Shown here piece by piece: positions 28,465 through 38,600 of a stretch of 64,000 nucleotides of DNA. The DNA lies in the NCBI GenBank assembly GCA_016699875.1, contig CP064989.1:848525-912524 (forward strand), read 5' to 3'. The notes under the pieces are model-generated. The model saw only the letters and a program-made list of their open reading frames with translations, had not been told where the DNA came from and did not search any database. This DNA is from Candidatus Moraniibacteriota bacterium. GTDB taxonomy: Bacteria; Patescibacteriota; Minisyncoccia; Moranbacterales; UBA1568. Position 1 is the first letter of the stretch. Each line of letters starts with the position of its first letter. Both the position numbers and the translations under genes were made by a program.

Positions 28465-28757
28465 GGGAACTCTCCTAGTTTTTCTTGATTGTGGTCTATC
28501 ATTTTCCAGAACTTGATGTCCTGCACGATACCCAGTAAAAGAACTGTGACTGCTCCTCCTATGCCTATGGTAAATATGATGCCAAGGATAACCTCTTTAA
28601 TTGTTATTCGGACAGCGAGTATTTCTTTGGATGCCACTGCAATAAGCACCACTATCAAGACAACTACCACTAATGTGTGACAAATGTAACGTAGCGTCCA
28701 TCGTTTTTTCATGGGGTCTCTCCTAATTGGTAAGGTATCGTCTGTGATTCCAGACAC
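28449..28757 (-). CDS. hypothetical small membrane protein (2 predicted TM)
   Basis: Hydrophobic segments are LVVVVLIVVLIAVA and ILGIIFTIGIGGAVTVLLLGIV. Internal Met MKKRW (start codon near 28712) is an alternative start. Confidence 0.4.
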   Translation of the reverse strand: MSGITDDTLPIRRDPMKKRWTLRYICHTLVVVVLIVVLIAVASKEILAVRITIKEVILGIIFTIGIGGAVTVLLLGIVQDIKFWKMIDHNQEKLGEFPWKKN

Positions 28758-28768
28758 AAAATTCTAGC

Positions 28769-29926
28769 ATGTATATGGAAAAAAGTCAAGTACCACAGAA
28801 TATGACGGAAGAACTTGGGAAGGTGGCTTTGGTGCACGATTTTCTCTTGTATCGCGGTGGGGCGGAGCGGGTACTTCGGGTGCTTTCGAATATGTTTCCG
28901 GAGGCGCCGATTTATACGCTCCTCTATGACCCGGAAGGGATGCGAGGAATGTTTGCGGATCGGGAGGTGCGCACATCGTTTCTGGGGAAGTGGCCGAAGT
29001 TTTTACAGCGTCGGCATCGGTGGCTCTTGCCGTTTTATGGAGCGGCGACGGAGGCGATCGACCTTCGGGATTTCGATCTGGTCATTTCGTCATCGGGTGC
29101 GTGGAGTAAGGGGATTGTGACGCGGCTTCGCACGAAACATGTGGCGTATCTTCACTCGCCGATGCGCTTTGTATGGGATGAGAATGAGCGGTACCTTCGC
29201 GAGAGCGGCGGGTTTCATTTTTGCAAACGCGCGTTGCTCTCATATTTGCGGCTCTGGGATTTCGAAGCGGCGGCGCGGCCGGATGTGCTCGTCGCCAATT
29301 CCAGCTATACGCAGGCTCGCATCGAGAAATACTATCGCCGTCCGTCGGAAGTGATCTATCCGTCGGTCCGCCGATTGCCAGCAACAGAGCAGGGCGCACG
29401 CGATATCAGAGACAGACCATTTGTGACGGTTTCGCGACTTTCAAAATACAAGCATACTGAGGCTATTGTGAAGGCATTTATACAGCTCAAGCTTCCGCTT
29501 ACGGTAGTTGGAACAGGAAGGGAGTTGGAATGCTTGCAGCGTATAGCTCCTCCGAATGTGTATTTTCTTGGCGATATATCGGATGGTGAATTGGGTACGG
29601 TGCTTGGGAAGGCGCGGGCATTTGTATTTGCGGGGGAGGAAGACTTTGGATTGGCGCTTGCCGAGGCGCAGATGGCGGGGCTTCCGGCCATCACGCTTGC
29701 TTCCGGTGGTGCCGGGGAAATTGTGAGAGAAGATATTTCCGGAGTGTTCTTCTCAGTGCCCAATGCGGAGAGTATCGTTGCGGCGGTGCAGCGCTATATT
29801 GAGCAGGAAGATTCTTTCGATCGGGAAAAAATACGGAATGACACCGAGAGGTTTTCAGAGGAGCTGTTTCGAGAGGCAATGAAGAGGAGTATCCTGAAAT
29901 GCGTACACGAAAAGAAACAGGGCTGA
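28769..29926 (+). CDS. glycosyltransferase family 4
   Basis: ..FAGEEDFGLALAEAQMAGLPAITLASGGAGEIV.. is a GT4 C-terminal motif. Confidence 0.8.
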   Translation: MYMEKSQVPQNMTEELGKVALVHDFLLYRGGAERVLRVLSNMFPEAPIYTLLYDPEGMRGMFADREVRTSFLGKWPKFLQRRHRWLLPFYGAATEAIDLRDFDLVISSSGAWSKGIVTRLRTKHVAYLHSPMRFVWDENERYLRESGGFHFCKRALLSYLRLWDFEAAARPDVLVANSSYTQARIEKYYRRPSEVIYPSVRRLPATEQGARDIRDRPFVTVSRLSKYKHTEAIVKAFIQLKLPLTVVGTGRELECLQRIAPPNVYFLGDISDGELGTVLGKARAFVFAGEEDFGLALAEAQMAGLPAITLASGGAGEIVREDISGVFFSVPNAESIVAAVQRYIEQEDSFDREKIRNDTERFSEELFREAMKRSILKCVHEKKQG

Positions 29927-29969
29927 TTCGAAAATGCTTGCCGTATCCTTCATGTGATTCCATTCACCT

Positions 29970-30875
29970 ATGATTCTCGGGCATGAAGCAATTCGGGATC
30001 GACTCCGACGAGCGGTCGAAAAACGATGTGCCGCGCAGACATATCTTTTTGTCGGGCCGGAGAGTGTCGGGAAGCTGTCGGTTGCTCTTGATTTTGCAAG
30101 GCGGCTTTCGGGGGACGATTCGCTGTCCGATTGTTCGGTTATCCGGTCGGAGCGGGTTGAAGAAAAAGGAAAAGTAAAAGAAATGCCCATAAGCGTTAAG
30201 ATGATCCGTGAGGCGACGCGCGCGCTTGGACTCTCCGGACGCAACGGAACAAGAACGATACTTATCGTGGATGATGCGCACAAAATGTCTGAGGGGGCGC
30301 AGAATGCATTTCTTAAGACGCTCGAAGAGCCGCTTCCCGGAGTGACGATTATTCTGGTGACGCATAATGAAGGGGGCGTTCTCTCGACGATTCTCTCCAG
30401 GTGCGAGCGGGTATCGTTTTCTTTGGTTTCGAGGGATGTGATCGACACGGGGTTTCCGGATGTTCCCGAAGCGATTCGTCGACTCGGTCGTCCGGGACTC
30501 TGTATTTCTGTGAGGGAGCATCCCGATGAATTTGCGGAGTCTTTTCGTAGATTGGATAGGCTTCAGTCGTTTCATCTGCTTTCAATCAGCGATCGCGCCA
30601 TGCTTGCGGATGCGTGCGTGAATGATATCTCAGCGGCGGAGCGATTGTTCTCCTGGTGGATGAGCTTCTTGACTCAAGAGTTGTCGGCCGATGTTTCCAC
30701 GGCAAGTCGTCGGCGAGAGATACTCAAACTCCTCCATGCTATCGCGGCAACGCTTCGTGATGTGAGACGATTTCCCGGAAGTGTGCGACTGACCGTGGAG
30801 CAGCTCTTTTTCTTTCGGGAAAGTTCCTCGACGCTCTTCTCGAGGAATATGACAAAGAGCGGACTCGCAAAGTGA
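29970..30875 (+). CDS. holB: DNA polymerase III subunit delta' (clamp-loader AAA+ protein)
   Basis: ..AQTYLFVGPESVGK.. is a degenerate Walker A typical of delta'. ..ILIVDDAHKMSEGAQNAFLKTLEEP.. matches the SRC/sensor region of clamp-loader subunits. Confidence 0.7.
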   Translation: MILGHEAIRDRLRRAVEKRCAAQTYLFVGPESVGKLSVALDFARRLSGDDSLSDCSVIRSERVEEKGKVKEMPISVKMIREATRALGLSGRNGTRTILIVDDAHKMSEGAQNAFLKTLEEPLPGVTIILVTHNEGGVLSTILSRCERVSFSLVSRDVIDTGFPDVPEAIRRLGRPGLCISVREHPDEFAESFRRLDRLQSFHLLSISDRAMLADACVNDISAAERLFSWWMSFLTQELSADVSTASRRREILKLLHAIAATLRDVRRFPGSVRLTVEQLFFFRESSSTLFSRNMTKSGLAK

Positions 30876-30918
30876 CCAAAGTTGTTTTATTCTTTCCATA
30901 CGTACGGCGAATTTTCGT

Positions 30919-31905
30919 ATGAAGTTTTTCCGAACAAAGAAATCGCGAGGAGACTCATCAACGCTTTTGCGTCCGAAGCGAAGCCGATTATTTCGCGCCG
31001 CTCTTCGGAAGCAGCAGAGAACTATCTCTCAAGAGAATGTGCGACGGTGGTCGTTGTGGGCGGTGGGATACGTGCTTCTCTGGGGAGCATTTTTTGGACT
31101 TGTTATTTTCGCGTTGTTTTTCTCTTCATTGCTCCGGATCGACCAGGAAGATATCGATCCGCTGAAATATGTCTCGATGGATGAAGTGAATGCGGTAATC
31201 CGCGACGAACTCTCCGGGAAAGTATTCGGCATATTTCCGAAAGATACGATACCGGTTGCTTTTCTGCGACGGCATATATTGGAACGAAAGATTCTTGAAG
31301 TCTTTCCGGTGCTTCGAAGTGTAACGGTTTCTTTTGCTTTTCCAGAAATGATTATCTTAAAAAGCGAGGAGCGAGTTCCCACGCTGATGTTTTGTTCGGG
31401 CGGTCCGTGCTTCTTGGTTGATGAACGAGGTGTCGCCTTTGAAGGAGTGCCGAATCCGAGTGCTGCGAGCGAGCCGAAAGTGCTCTCTGTTATAGACATG
31501 TCTGCCAAACCGGTTTCGCAGCAAGACCCGTTGTTTTCAGAAGATTTCCTGAAAGTGTTTCCTGTTATACGACAGCGACTTCTTGACGAGCTTGGCGTGG
31601 AGGTATCGAATATTGCCGAAACACCGTCTCGTCTCTCGGACGAGTTGTGGTTTCGGAGCGTAGACGGATGGAAATTGCGTATGAGTGCGACTGTGCCGGT
31701 GGAAAAGTCAATGCTCGCGCTCCGGCTTCTTTTTGCAAAAACGCTCTCCGAAGGCGATCTAAAAAATCTCGATTACATCGATCTTCGAACGGAGAACCGG
31801 ATTTTCTATGCTATGAAGGGCGATGAACAAAAAGAACACGAAACGACTTCAGATGATGAGTCAGAGAATGAATCAAGCGATGCTTCACAAGAGAAGGGAA
31901 AGTAA
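30919..31905 (+). CDS. FtsQ/DivIB-like cell division protein (cytoplasmic tail + 1 TM + POTRA-like domain), acidic C-terminal tail
   Basis: A basic N-terminus is followed by a TM (WSLWAVGYVLLWGAFFGLVIFALFF). A POTRA-like segment (IDPLKYVSMDEVNAVIRDEL..VTVSFAFPEMIILKSEERVP..FLVDERGVAF) follows. It ends in a DDESENESSD tail. Confidence 0.55.
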   Translation: MKFFRTKKSRGDSSTLLRPKRSRLFRAALRKQQRTISQENVRRWSLWAVGYVLLWGAFFGLVIFALFFSSLLRIDQEDIDPLKYVSMDEVNAVIRDELSGKVFGIFPKDTIPVAFLRRHILERKILEVFPVLRSVTVSFAFPEMIILKSEERVPTLMFCSGGPCFLVDERGVAFEGVPNPSAASEPKVLSVIDMSAKPVSQQDPLFSEDFLKVFPVIRQRLLDELGVEVSNIAETPSRLSDELWFRSVDGWKLRMSATVPVEKSMLALRLLFAKTLSEGDLKNLDYIDLRTENRIFYAMKGDEQKEHETTSDDESENESSDASQEKGK

Positions 31906-31911
31906 TGATTT

Positions 31912-33879
31912 CTATCGCTCTTGCCCGGGAACGCGGTCCACGTAGAAGATGAATATGGAGTCGCCAGCACGGCCGACCAGCGAGTGCTGTGGAATCCACA
32001 AGTAGTTTATGGATCCTGCTGGTTGCGGTTTGTAAATGCTCTCTTGGTAGAATCCTGCGGAAACGGCATACCAGCCGGGTTCCGGTACGCTGTCGCTGTG
32101 CCAGGATTTGTATTTATTGCCGAGGAAATATTCCGGACTTGATCCGCCGAAGTAGTCGACGCGGATTGTCTGTATCGGCAACGACGTTGGAAAGCTCTTC
32201 CCATCGGTGAGAGCGCGGCATTGGGCTGAGTCGGTTTGGCTGTTGTTGACGCAAAGATTGTAGGTGTCGACCCAGGTTTGCAACCGCTTCGCATCCTGCC
32301 CCCAATCGTAGTTGGAGTCGGTGACATACTTATACCCCTCGGTGTGTCCGCCCATGGCCGTATTGAAATAGGACAGATAGCCCGGATAGGAGAATACCGG
32401 TATGAGGAGTATCCAGCAAGTGAAGAGAAAGATGAATCCTCGCATGATGCTCCAGGTAGTGTGATTGCCGTGGTGGCGCTTCCAATAGTCGAACACGGCT
32501 TTGGTTCCGAGGACGTAGAGGAAAGGAAGGATTGGGAAGAGATGTCTGAAGCCGATATTGAGATTTCCGGTAATACTGAGATAACTGTAGAGCGCAACAA
32601 ATCCGAGCATGGTGTACTGCGCAATATGCGATTGGAATGAGTGTGCGAATATGCCGCTCCATGTTCGCCCGTCTTTTCTGTTCGCATGCGCAACCTTTGT
32701 GATGCGTCGGAGTCCGTAGAGGAGTCCGAAACCGAGTATGGCAAGGAATGGCAACGTAGATTTCATGAGAAAGACAATGGGAAAATAGAGCGAAGTCGCT
32801 TGATTGGAAACCGTGCCAAGAAAGTAATAGGTATTGCCACCGGAGACGCGCGCAAACACCATGAAGACGCCGAGGAAATACTGCGCGAGCGGCTTCATAA
32901 GGGGGATTTCGCTCATTCCAACGATAGTGGATTCGGCGAATCGTCCAATAGCGCGGTCATTGGGGAATTGCGCCCGTGCAATTTCCTGTACGGTTTCTGC
33001 AGACATATTCCAGGTATTTGGCACATAGAGTGCCCAGATGGCGATGAAGCATATTGCGACTGATCCTGCGAATTTGAAGATGAGAGAGAAAAAGAATTTC
33101 CACTTCCACATGCGACGATCTGCTCCTTCAAGAGTGTCCGGAGCGGGTTTTGAGAGCGCATAAAGAAGAACAATGAGTCCGAAGAGCGGGAACAGCGTGA
33201 CGGCTGAGAACTTGGCAAGGTTGGCGAGTCCGAGGAAAACTCCCGAGAGAATTGTGTTTTTCGCAGATGGGTCTTTAAGGAATCTAACGAAAAAATAAAC
33301 GGAAAAGAAAACGAATGCCGCGATGCCGATATCGGTTGTGACGAGATGATCGTGTCCGAGGACATTGGGATCGGCGGCGTAGAGCAAGAGCGCGAAGAGT
33401 CCGGCGACGGTGCCGGCAAGTTCGCGTGTCCATCGAAAGATAGCGAATCCAAGGAAGAGTGCGATGAGAATAATAGGAAGTCTTGCAAAGAATGTCACCC
33501 GGTTTGGATCATTGCCCATGCTGAAAAGGAATTGGTCGCCAAATGTCCACTGTGCGAATCCCCATGATTGCGCCGGTCCTTCCGGATGATTGCTTGGGTC
33601 TACACTCTCATCGCCTCGCGTCCAGAGTGTGCTTGGGACGGGAAATGCCGGCAATGGAGAGATGAGAAGCATGGCGAGTCCGGAGAGGTCTTTGATGAGA
33701 GGAGGATGCTCGGGGTTGATGCGCATATCAAGATAGCGCACGTAGCTGTAGGAAGCGGGGATATGCGCCTTCTCATCCATTGTGGTGGAGTCATCCCAGG
33801 CGAGACGGAGTGATACAGCTGCAAGCGTGACCAGTATCCCAGCAACAAACCATGCGGCGTATTTTTTCAAGAATTCCAT
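31912..33879 (-). CDS. GT-C fold membrane glycosyltransferase, family 39/83-like (PMT/ArnT-like, polyprenyl-phosphate-sugar dependent)
   Basis: The protein is 655 aa with about 11 TM. The N-terminal first-loop region (..DEKAHIPASYSYVRYLDMRINPEHPPLIKDLSG..) resembles the DE-motif loop of PMT_2/ArnT-type enzymes. A large C-terminal extracytoplasmic domain is present. Confidence 0.7.
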   Translation of the reverse strand: MEFLKKYAAWFVAGILVTLAAVSLRLAWDDSTTMDEKAHIPASYSYVRYLDMRINPEHPPLIKDLSGLAMLLISPLPAFPVPSTLWTRGDESVDPSNHPEGPAQSWGFAQWTFGDQFLFSMGNDPNRVTFFARLPIILIALFLGFAIFRWTRELAGTVAGLFALLLYAADPNVLGHDHLVTTDIGIAAFVFFSVYFFVRFLKDPSAKNTILSGVFLGLANLAKFSAVTLFPLFGLIVLLYALSKPAPDTLEGADRRMWKWKFFFSLIFKFAGSVAICFIAIWALYVPNTWNMSAETVQEIARAQFPNDRAIGRFAESTIVGMSEIPLMKPLAQYFLGVFMVFARVSGGNTYYFLGTVSNQATSLYFPIVFLMKSTLPFLAILGFGLLYGLRRITKVAHANRKDGRTWSGIFAHSFQSHIAQYTMLGFVALYSYLSITGNLNIGFRHLFPILPFLYVLGTKAVFDYWKRHHGNHTTWSIMRGFIFLFTCWILLIPVFSYPGYLSYFNTAMGGHTEGYKYVTDSNYDWGQDAKRLQTWVDTYNLCVNNSQTDSAQCRALTDGKSFPTSLPIQTIRVDYFGGSSPEYFLGNKYKSWHSDSVPEPGWYAVSAGFYQESIYKPQPAGSINYLWIPQHSLVGRAGDSIFIFYVDRVPGQER

Positions 33880-33940
33880 ATGAGTAACGGGTAAAGATGT
33901 ATTAAAAACCCAAACACTACACTGAGGTGTGGCATTCGTC

Positions 33941-35626
33941 CTATTGTATCATGATCACTTGGAAATTTTTTTGCGAGGTATATTGGAAGGGAATAGTGGT
34001 AACGGTGGATTTCTTCGGAAGAGTGAGGCGAACCTTTTCGGCGATAGCATCATCCCATTTTTGCGGAATGATAACGGCAGGCGTTTGAATGATCGTGTCC
34101 GGCTTCAGAAATTCGACCGGAGCCCTCTTGGCATCGTGAGTGAGAAAGAGAAATGGCTGGGCGGTAATCGGGAGACCGTTATCAATCATGGTGCCGCCCG
34201 CATTGGCGAGGATATACGCATGTGTATCGGTCGGCAGGGTGTTTATGAAGTATGCCATGGAGGTGAAATCTTCGTTAAAGGCACTTCGGGCATTTTGGTT
34301 GTTGGCGAAAAAGAGAAAGTATTTGCTGACATTCCAGAGGGGAATGCAGGCGAGGACGGTTCCGACAAAGAGTATCATGCCGATTTGTGCGCCCAACTTC
34401 CGTTTTCTGAGCCACTCGCCAAACCACAACAATGGAATGCTCGCGATGAGAAAGACGACCGGCTGAGTGCCGATAGCACGAAGGGCGTGGGGGAGCCCTT
34501 CTGCGGTCAAGAATTCCGGAATGAGCATGGTGAAAAACCATCCGAGAAGAAAGAGGGAAATCATGAGCTCTCGATTTCGTTCGGTATACTTCCATCGTTT
34601 CCGAATGAGAAGCGTGATACGCATGAGAAGGAAAACAAACCCGGCAAGAAACAATATGCCGCTCACGAGGTCAAGAAGCGGATAAGGCGGATAGTTGTGT
34701 CGCCAATTCATATCGCCTACAAAGGTATACTTGATCAGAGAAAGGCTGAGCGTTTTGGCGAGCGTGAGAGCGAAGTGTCCGTGATTGACCGCGGGCGAGA
34801 AAATGGAAATCGATGCCGATCGCGATGAAACATATTCCGGATGCTTGACGAATTCATAGACGAGCGGCAGGGCAGTAATGAGCATGCCGCCAGTGAAGAT
34901 GAGCGCCTGTCTCCAGTAGTGTTTTAAAAACTCTCGATAGGAAGCCATGCATCCGATCGTCACGATGAGGAGAATGAGCGGTGCGACGCGGAAGGCAATA
35001 TACGTATGGAATCCGAGTCCAAAGATGATGCCAGAGATGAGAAATGAGAGGAGACTCTTGGTGCGAAGACCGCGGAAGAAGAAAAAGAACGAAAACGAGA
35101 GAATGAACGGCACCATGATGGCGCGGAAGCCGATCCTTGAAAAGTTAATCGCCCAATAGGAAAAAGTGAGAAGAAAAGCGGAAAAGAGCGCGACGCTACG
35201 TTTGTGCCAGAGTTCTTTGGCGAGCAAATAGATACCGAGCACGGTTGCCGTGCCGAATATCGCCGACCAGAGTTTGAGCGCTGGGATAGTGGCGCCAAAG
35301 AGGAGGAGTGCGAGTGCTTGGAGATTAATGAAGAGTCCTTCTCGCCCGCTGTTGTTGGGGTAGAAAAGCTGATAATCACCGGTTTCATTGGCATGAATGG
35401 CATCGACGCCATTCATCGCTTCGTCGGGATAGAGTCCGGCGGGGAGATGCTCGATATTCCAGAATCGCAAAAAGAACGCGGCTGCCAAAAGCACGACAAG
35501 AACGGAAATGGTTATCAGTTTTTCCGCCGTAAAAAAATGCCCGAAGAAATGCCGTCGCATAATAAATGGAAGTGTTTTGTTTTCGTCTTGACGATTCAAT
35601 TGGAGAAGCGTCGTCGATACGTTCAA
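33941..35626 (-). CDS. GT-C fold membrane glycosyltransferase family 39/83 (ArnT/PMT-like)
   Basis: ..LYPDEAMNGVDAIHANETGDY..FYPNNSGREGLF.. is the conserved first periplasmic loop with DE motif of the ArnT/PMT_2 family. It has multiple TM. Internal Met (MRRHFFGHFF, start near 35560) is a likely alternative start. Confidence 0.75.
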   Translation of the reverse strand: MNVSTTLLQLNRQDENKTLPFIMRRHFFGHFFTAEKLITISVLVVLLAAAFFLRFWNIEHLPAGLYPDEAMNGVDAIHANETGDYQLFYPNNSGREGLFINLQALALLLFGATIPALKLWSAIFGTATVLGIYLLAKELWHKRSVALFSAFLLTFSYWAINFSRIGFRAIMVPFILSFSFFFFFRGLRTKSLLSFLISGIIFGLGFHTYIAFRVAPLILLIVTIGCMASYREFLKHYWRQALIFTGGMLITALPLVYEFVKHPEYVSSRSASISIFSPAVNHGHFALTLAKTLSLSLIKYTFVGDMNWRHNYPPYPLLDLVSGILFLAGFVFLLMRITLLIRKRWKYTERNRELMISLFLLGWFFTMLIPEFLTAEGLPHALRAIGTQPVVFLIASIPLLWFGEWLRKRKLGAQIGMILFVGTVLACIPLWNVSKYFLFFANNQNARSAFNEDFTSMAYFINTLPTDTHAYILANAGGTMIDNGLPITAQPFLFLTHDAKRAPVEFLKPDTIIQTPAVIIPQKWDDAIAEKVRLTLPKKSTVTTIPFQYTSQKNFQVIMIQ

Positions 35627-35630
35627 ATGA

Positions 35631-35639
35631 TGGTATAAT
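35631..35639 (+). promoter_or_regulatory. candidate extended -10 element (TGnTATAAT) upstream of the 1100-aa gene
   Basis: tggtataat lies about 35 nt upstream of ATG 35673. No clear -35 element. Confidence 0.25.
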
Positions 35640-35672
35640 TATACCACGAATTATTTTTTCTTTGCGTTCGAT

Positions 35673-38600
35673 ATGAAAGCCGAAGTTGTTTCTTTGGATT
35701 CTTCTGAGGCAACTCTCTCTCCCGGAGAGAGAGTGTTTAATCTTCTGCCGGAAACTGTTCAGGGTAAACTTTCCGGTCGCTATAATAGGGAAGAAATAGC
35801 GAGGCGAGTACTTCGGGAGCTTGGAGAAGGAAAACGAGATGACAGATCTCTACATAATGGAGTTGTGTCAGCTATTTACCTTGACAAAGATATTCCATCT
35901 TCAATCAAGAAGGGTCTTTTGAGACATCTGGGCAGTATCGTTCCAGCGCAGGAAAATGAGACTTTGAAATTCTTTAAAAAGGTGAATAAAAACTTGGAAA
36001 ACCAACAAGTGCGTAAAGGAGACGTGCGGCAGCAGAATTCAACTTCAGCGGATACGCACAGGCATGACGATGACGCTATTGATCGGGAGGTTCGAGCGGT
36101 TGGCGCGGATATGCACCCCGATCATAGTGAAAAACTTGAACAAAAAAAGTATATTGCAAGAGAAAGAGCTTCCAAAAAGTCAAAGCAAGCAAAAGTGGCA
36201 AGTGTTCCAGGGGAATCCCATGACAGCAGAAAACCTTCAAACCTCGAAGGGAATGTTCAGGGTGACGCATCTGTATCCGAAGATCTTCCTGATGACCAAA
36301 AAGTAAGTCCGCCAAACGAGGGGTATTTCGGCTCGCTTGATTACATAGAAGCAATAGATGATCAAAGTCTGGATGCTTCAGTCGCGCAGCAAGAGGGAAT
36401 TGATTGGGAGGGTGTCAAGAAGGATTTTGATGAAGAAGGGAAAAGGATACAGGAGGAACGTGCGCGTTCAGTGAAGTTCAATCGATTGGATGTACAGGAA
36501 ACGTTCGACCAAGGAATGGAGCAATTGAAAAATCGTGACAAACTTGCTGAACGTTTTCGTGATGTTAAAAGCTTCGATGAGCTCTTAGTGCTTCTCAATG
36601 ATCCGGAGTTTCCCGGAATTCAGGGCTCGAAGCAGTTCTACTCCGGTGATGACTTGAAAAGAATAATTGCCATAGCTCGAGAAACTGGAGCGACGAAATT
36701 TGTCACACGCTCTCATGGATTTCTTGATATGGCGGAGCGGCTCTTGCGCGAGGAGAAAGAAGGAAAGATTGGCGCATTGAAAGAGGATAATATTGTGGAA
36801 GGTTTTGGTGTTGTGAACCGTACAGCTCCCGGTGTTTTTGAAAGAGTTCCGGATGCGCTGAATGAATTGCATATTGAGAAAGAGAATGATCTTTCTCGCG
36901 CAGTCGAATCTTTGGAAGAGCTTCAGGAGAGGGTGGATCGATTGAAAAATGATGCAGATGCTGCAAGAAATCTCTTGTTCTCTTGTCGACGGAAGAATGG
37001 TGATCGATGGAAGGAGGTGAAAAAGTTTTTTGCTTTTCCAAAGGAAAAGGAAGCTCCAAAACCAGTGATTGAAGAATGGGAAATGTTGGAGGTGGCTTGG
37101 AAATATAGACTTACCCTCTACAAGGATGCTCGGGTGGAGTTGGCAAAGCGCCAGGTTGCAGAAGGTGGTTTGCAAGGGAGGGATGTCGGTGCTGTTATGG
37201 CGGAGACGATTCGGGAGTTGGATTTTCGCGGAAGAGTGGAAAACTACAATGCGTGGAAAGATGCGGCGTGGAGTGGCAAGAAGGATTCATGGCTTCTTCG
37301 GGCAGTCGGTCGGGCGAAAGATTGGGGCGAATCGTATCGAAAGCTTGACTGGAAGAAGCGCGCGGCGATTTCCGCGCTGGTGATAGGCGCGGGCGCGACC
37401 GGCGTTGCCGTAGGATCAGTCGGATTGATTGGATTGGGTGCGGCAAGTGGCGTGGCGGTCCGATTGCTGGGGTCATACGCCGCCGGGCGCGGACTTTATG
37501 AATACCTGGAGGGTCGTGCCAACAAAGATACGGTGAAGTTTCAGGAGGCAGCACTTTCTCATGTCGAGCAATCCGGCGATATTGGTTTCCTCGATCATCG
37601 TACGCGGGATTATGCCGATCGAATACGGAAGGATTTCGAACAGATGACGAGGAAGAATCGGAAACGGGTGTGGGCGGGCGTAGCTGCCGGAGCATTACTT
37701 TTTGCGGGCGGGACGGCGCTCTCGCTCGCGCATGCGGCAAGTGCGGCGGAGCGGGTAGTGGACGGTGGAAGTGGCAAACAAGTTGTACAAGATGCTCTTA
37801 CAGCGAGAGGTGCTGAGATTCCGGAGATATCAAAAAATGTTCCTGTTGTTCCGAGTGTTGTCGAAGCGAGCGTACCTGCATCGGATACGAGTGGGCTTAT
37901 GCCGGATTCGGTTGGATCGGGGGTGGTTGACCATGGGATATCGGTTGAGGCTGCCGGGGACATTGGGAAAAGTTTTGAGAATATGGAAATAGCTGCCGTT
38001 CCAAAGGGCGGGAGTTTCGAGAAGGTTCTCATTGAGAAGCTTACGGGAGTCGGGATTCCTAAAGAAGAAGCAGGGAAGCTGGCGCATCGGGCGATGCTTG
38101 ACTTGGCGGAGAAATCAGGAAAGTCGTTTGAGATATTTAATCATATCCAACCAGGTGCGGAGATTCAGTATGAGATAGGTCCGGACAAATCCCTCTCTGT
38201 GTTTGGTGTGACCAGGGAAGCTGGCGGTCGGGTGATTCAGCGGATGGCGGGTTCTGCCCTGGAGGGAAGCCATGCTTCGCCGGATGTGCAAGTCCTCGAA
38301 GAGGTTCTGTCTCCGCCTTTGCAGCCGACTGATGCGGTCTCTGTTCCCTCTGTTCAGACGCCTCCTTTGAGCTCGTTTCCAAAGATGCCCGAAGTAAACC
38401 TGGAGTCTCCACCGGATATTTTTGATCGCGTGCTTCCGGAAGTGCCACAAATTCCTCCTCTTGAAGACACACTGAGCGGGAATGTTCCTCTTGATACTTC
38501 AGTATCTGCACATCCTCTTGAATCTATTTCGACAAACATCCCTGCCCCGGCGCATGATTTCGAGTCGCTTGACCTTTCTGTTCCCGGCGGGGAATATCTG

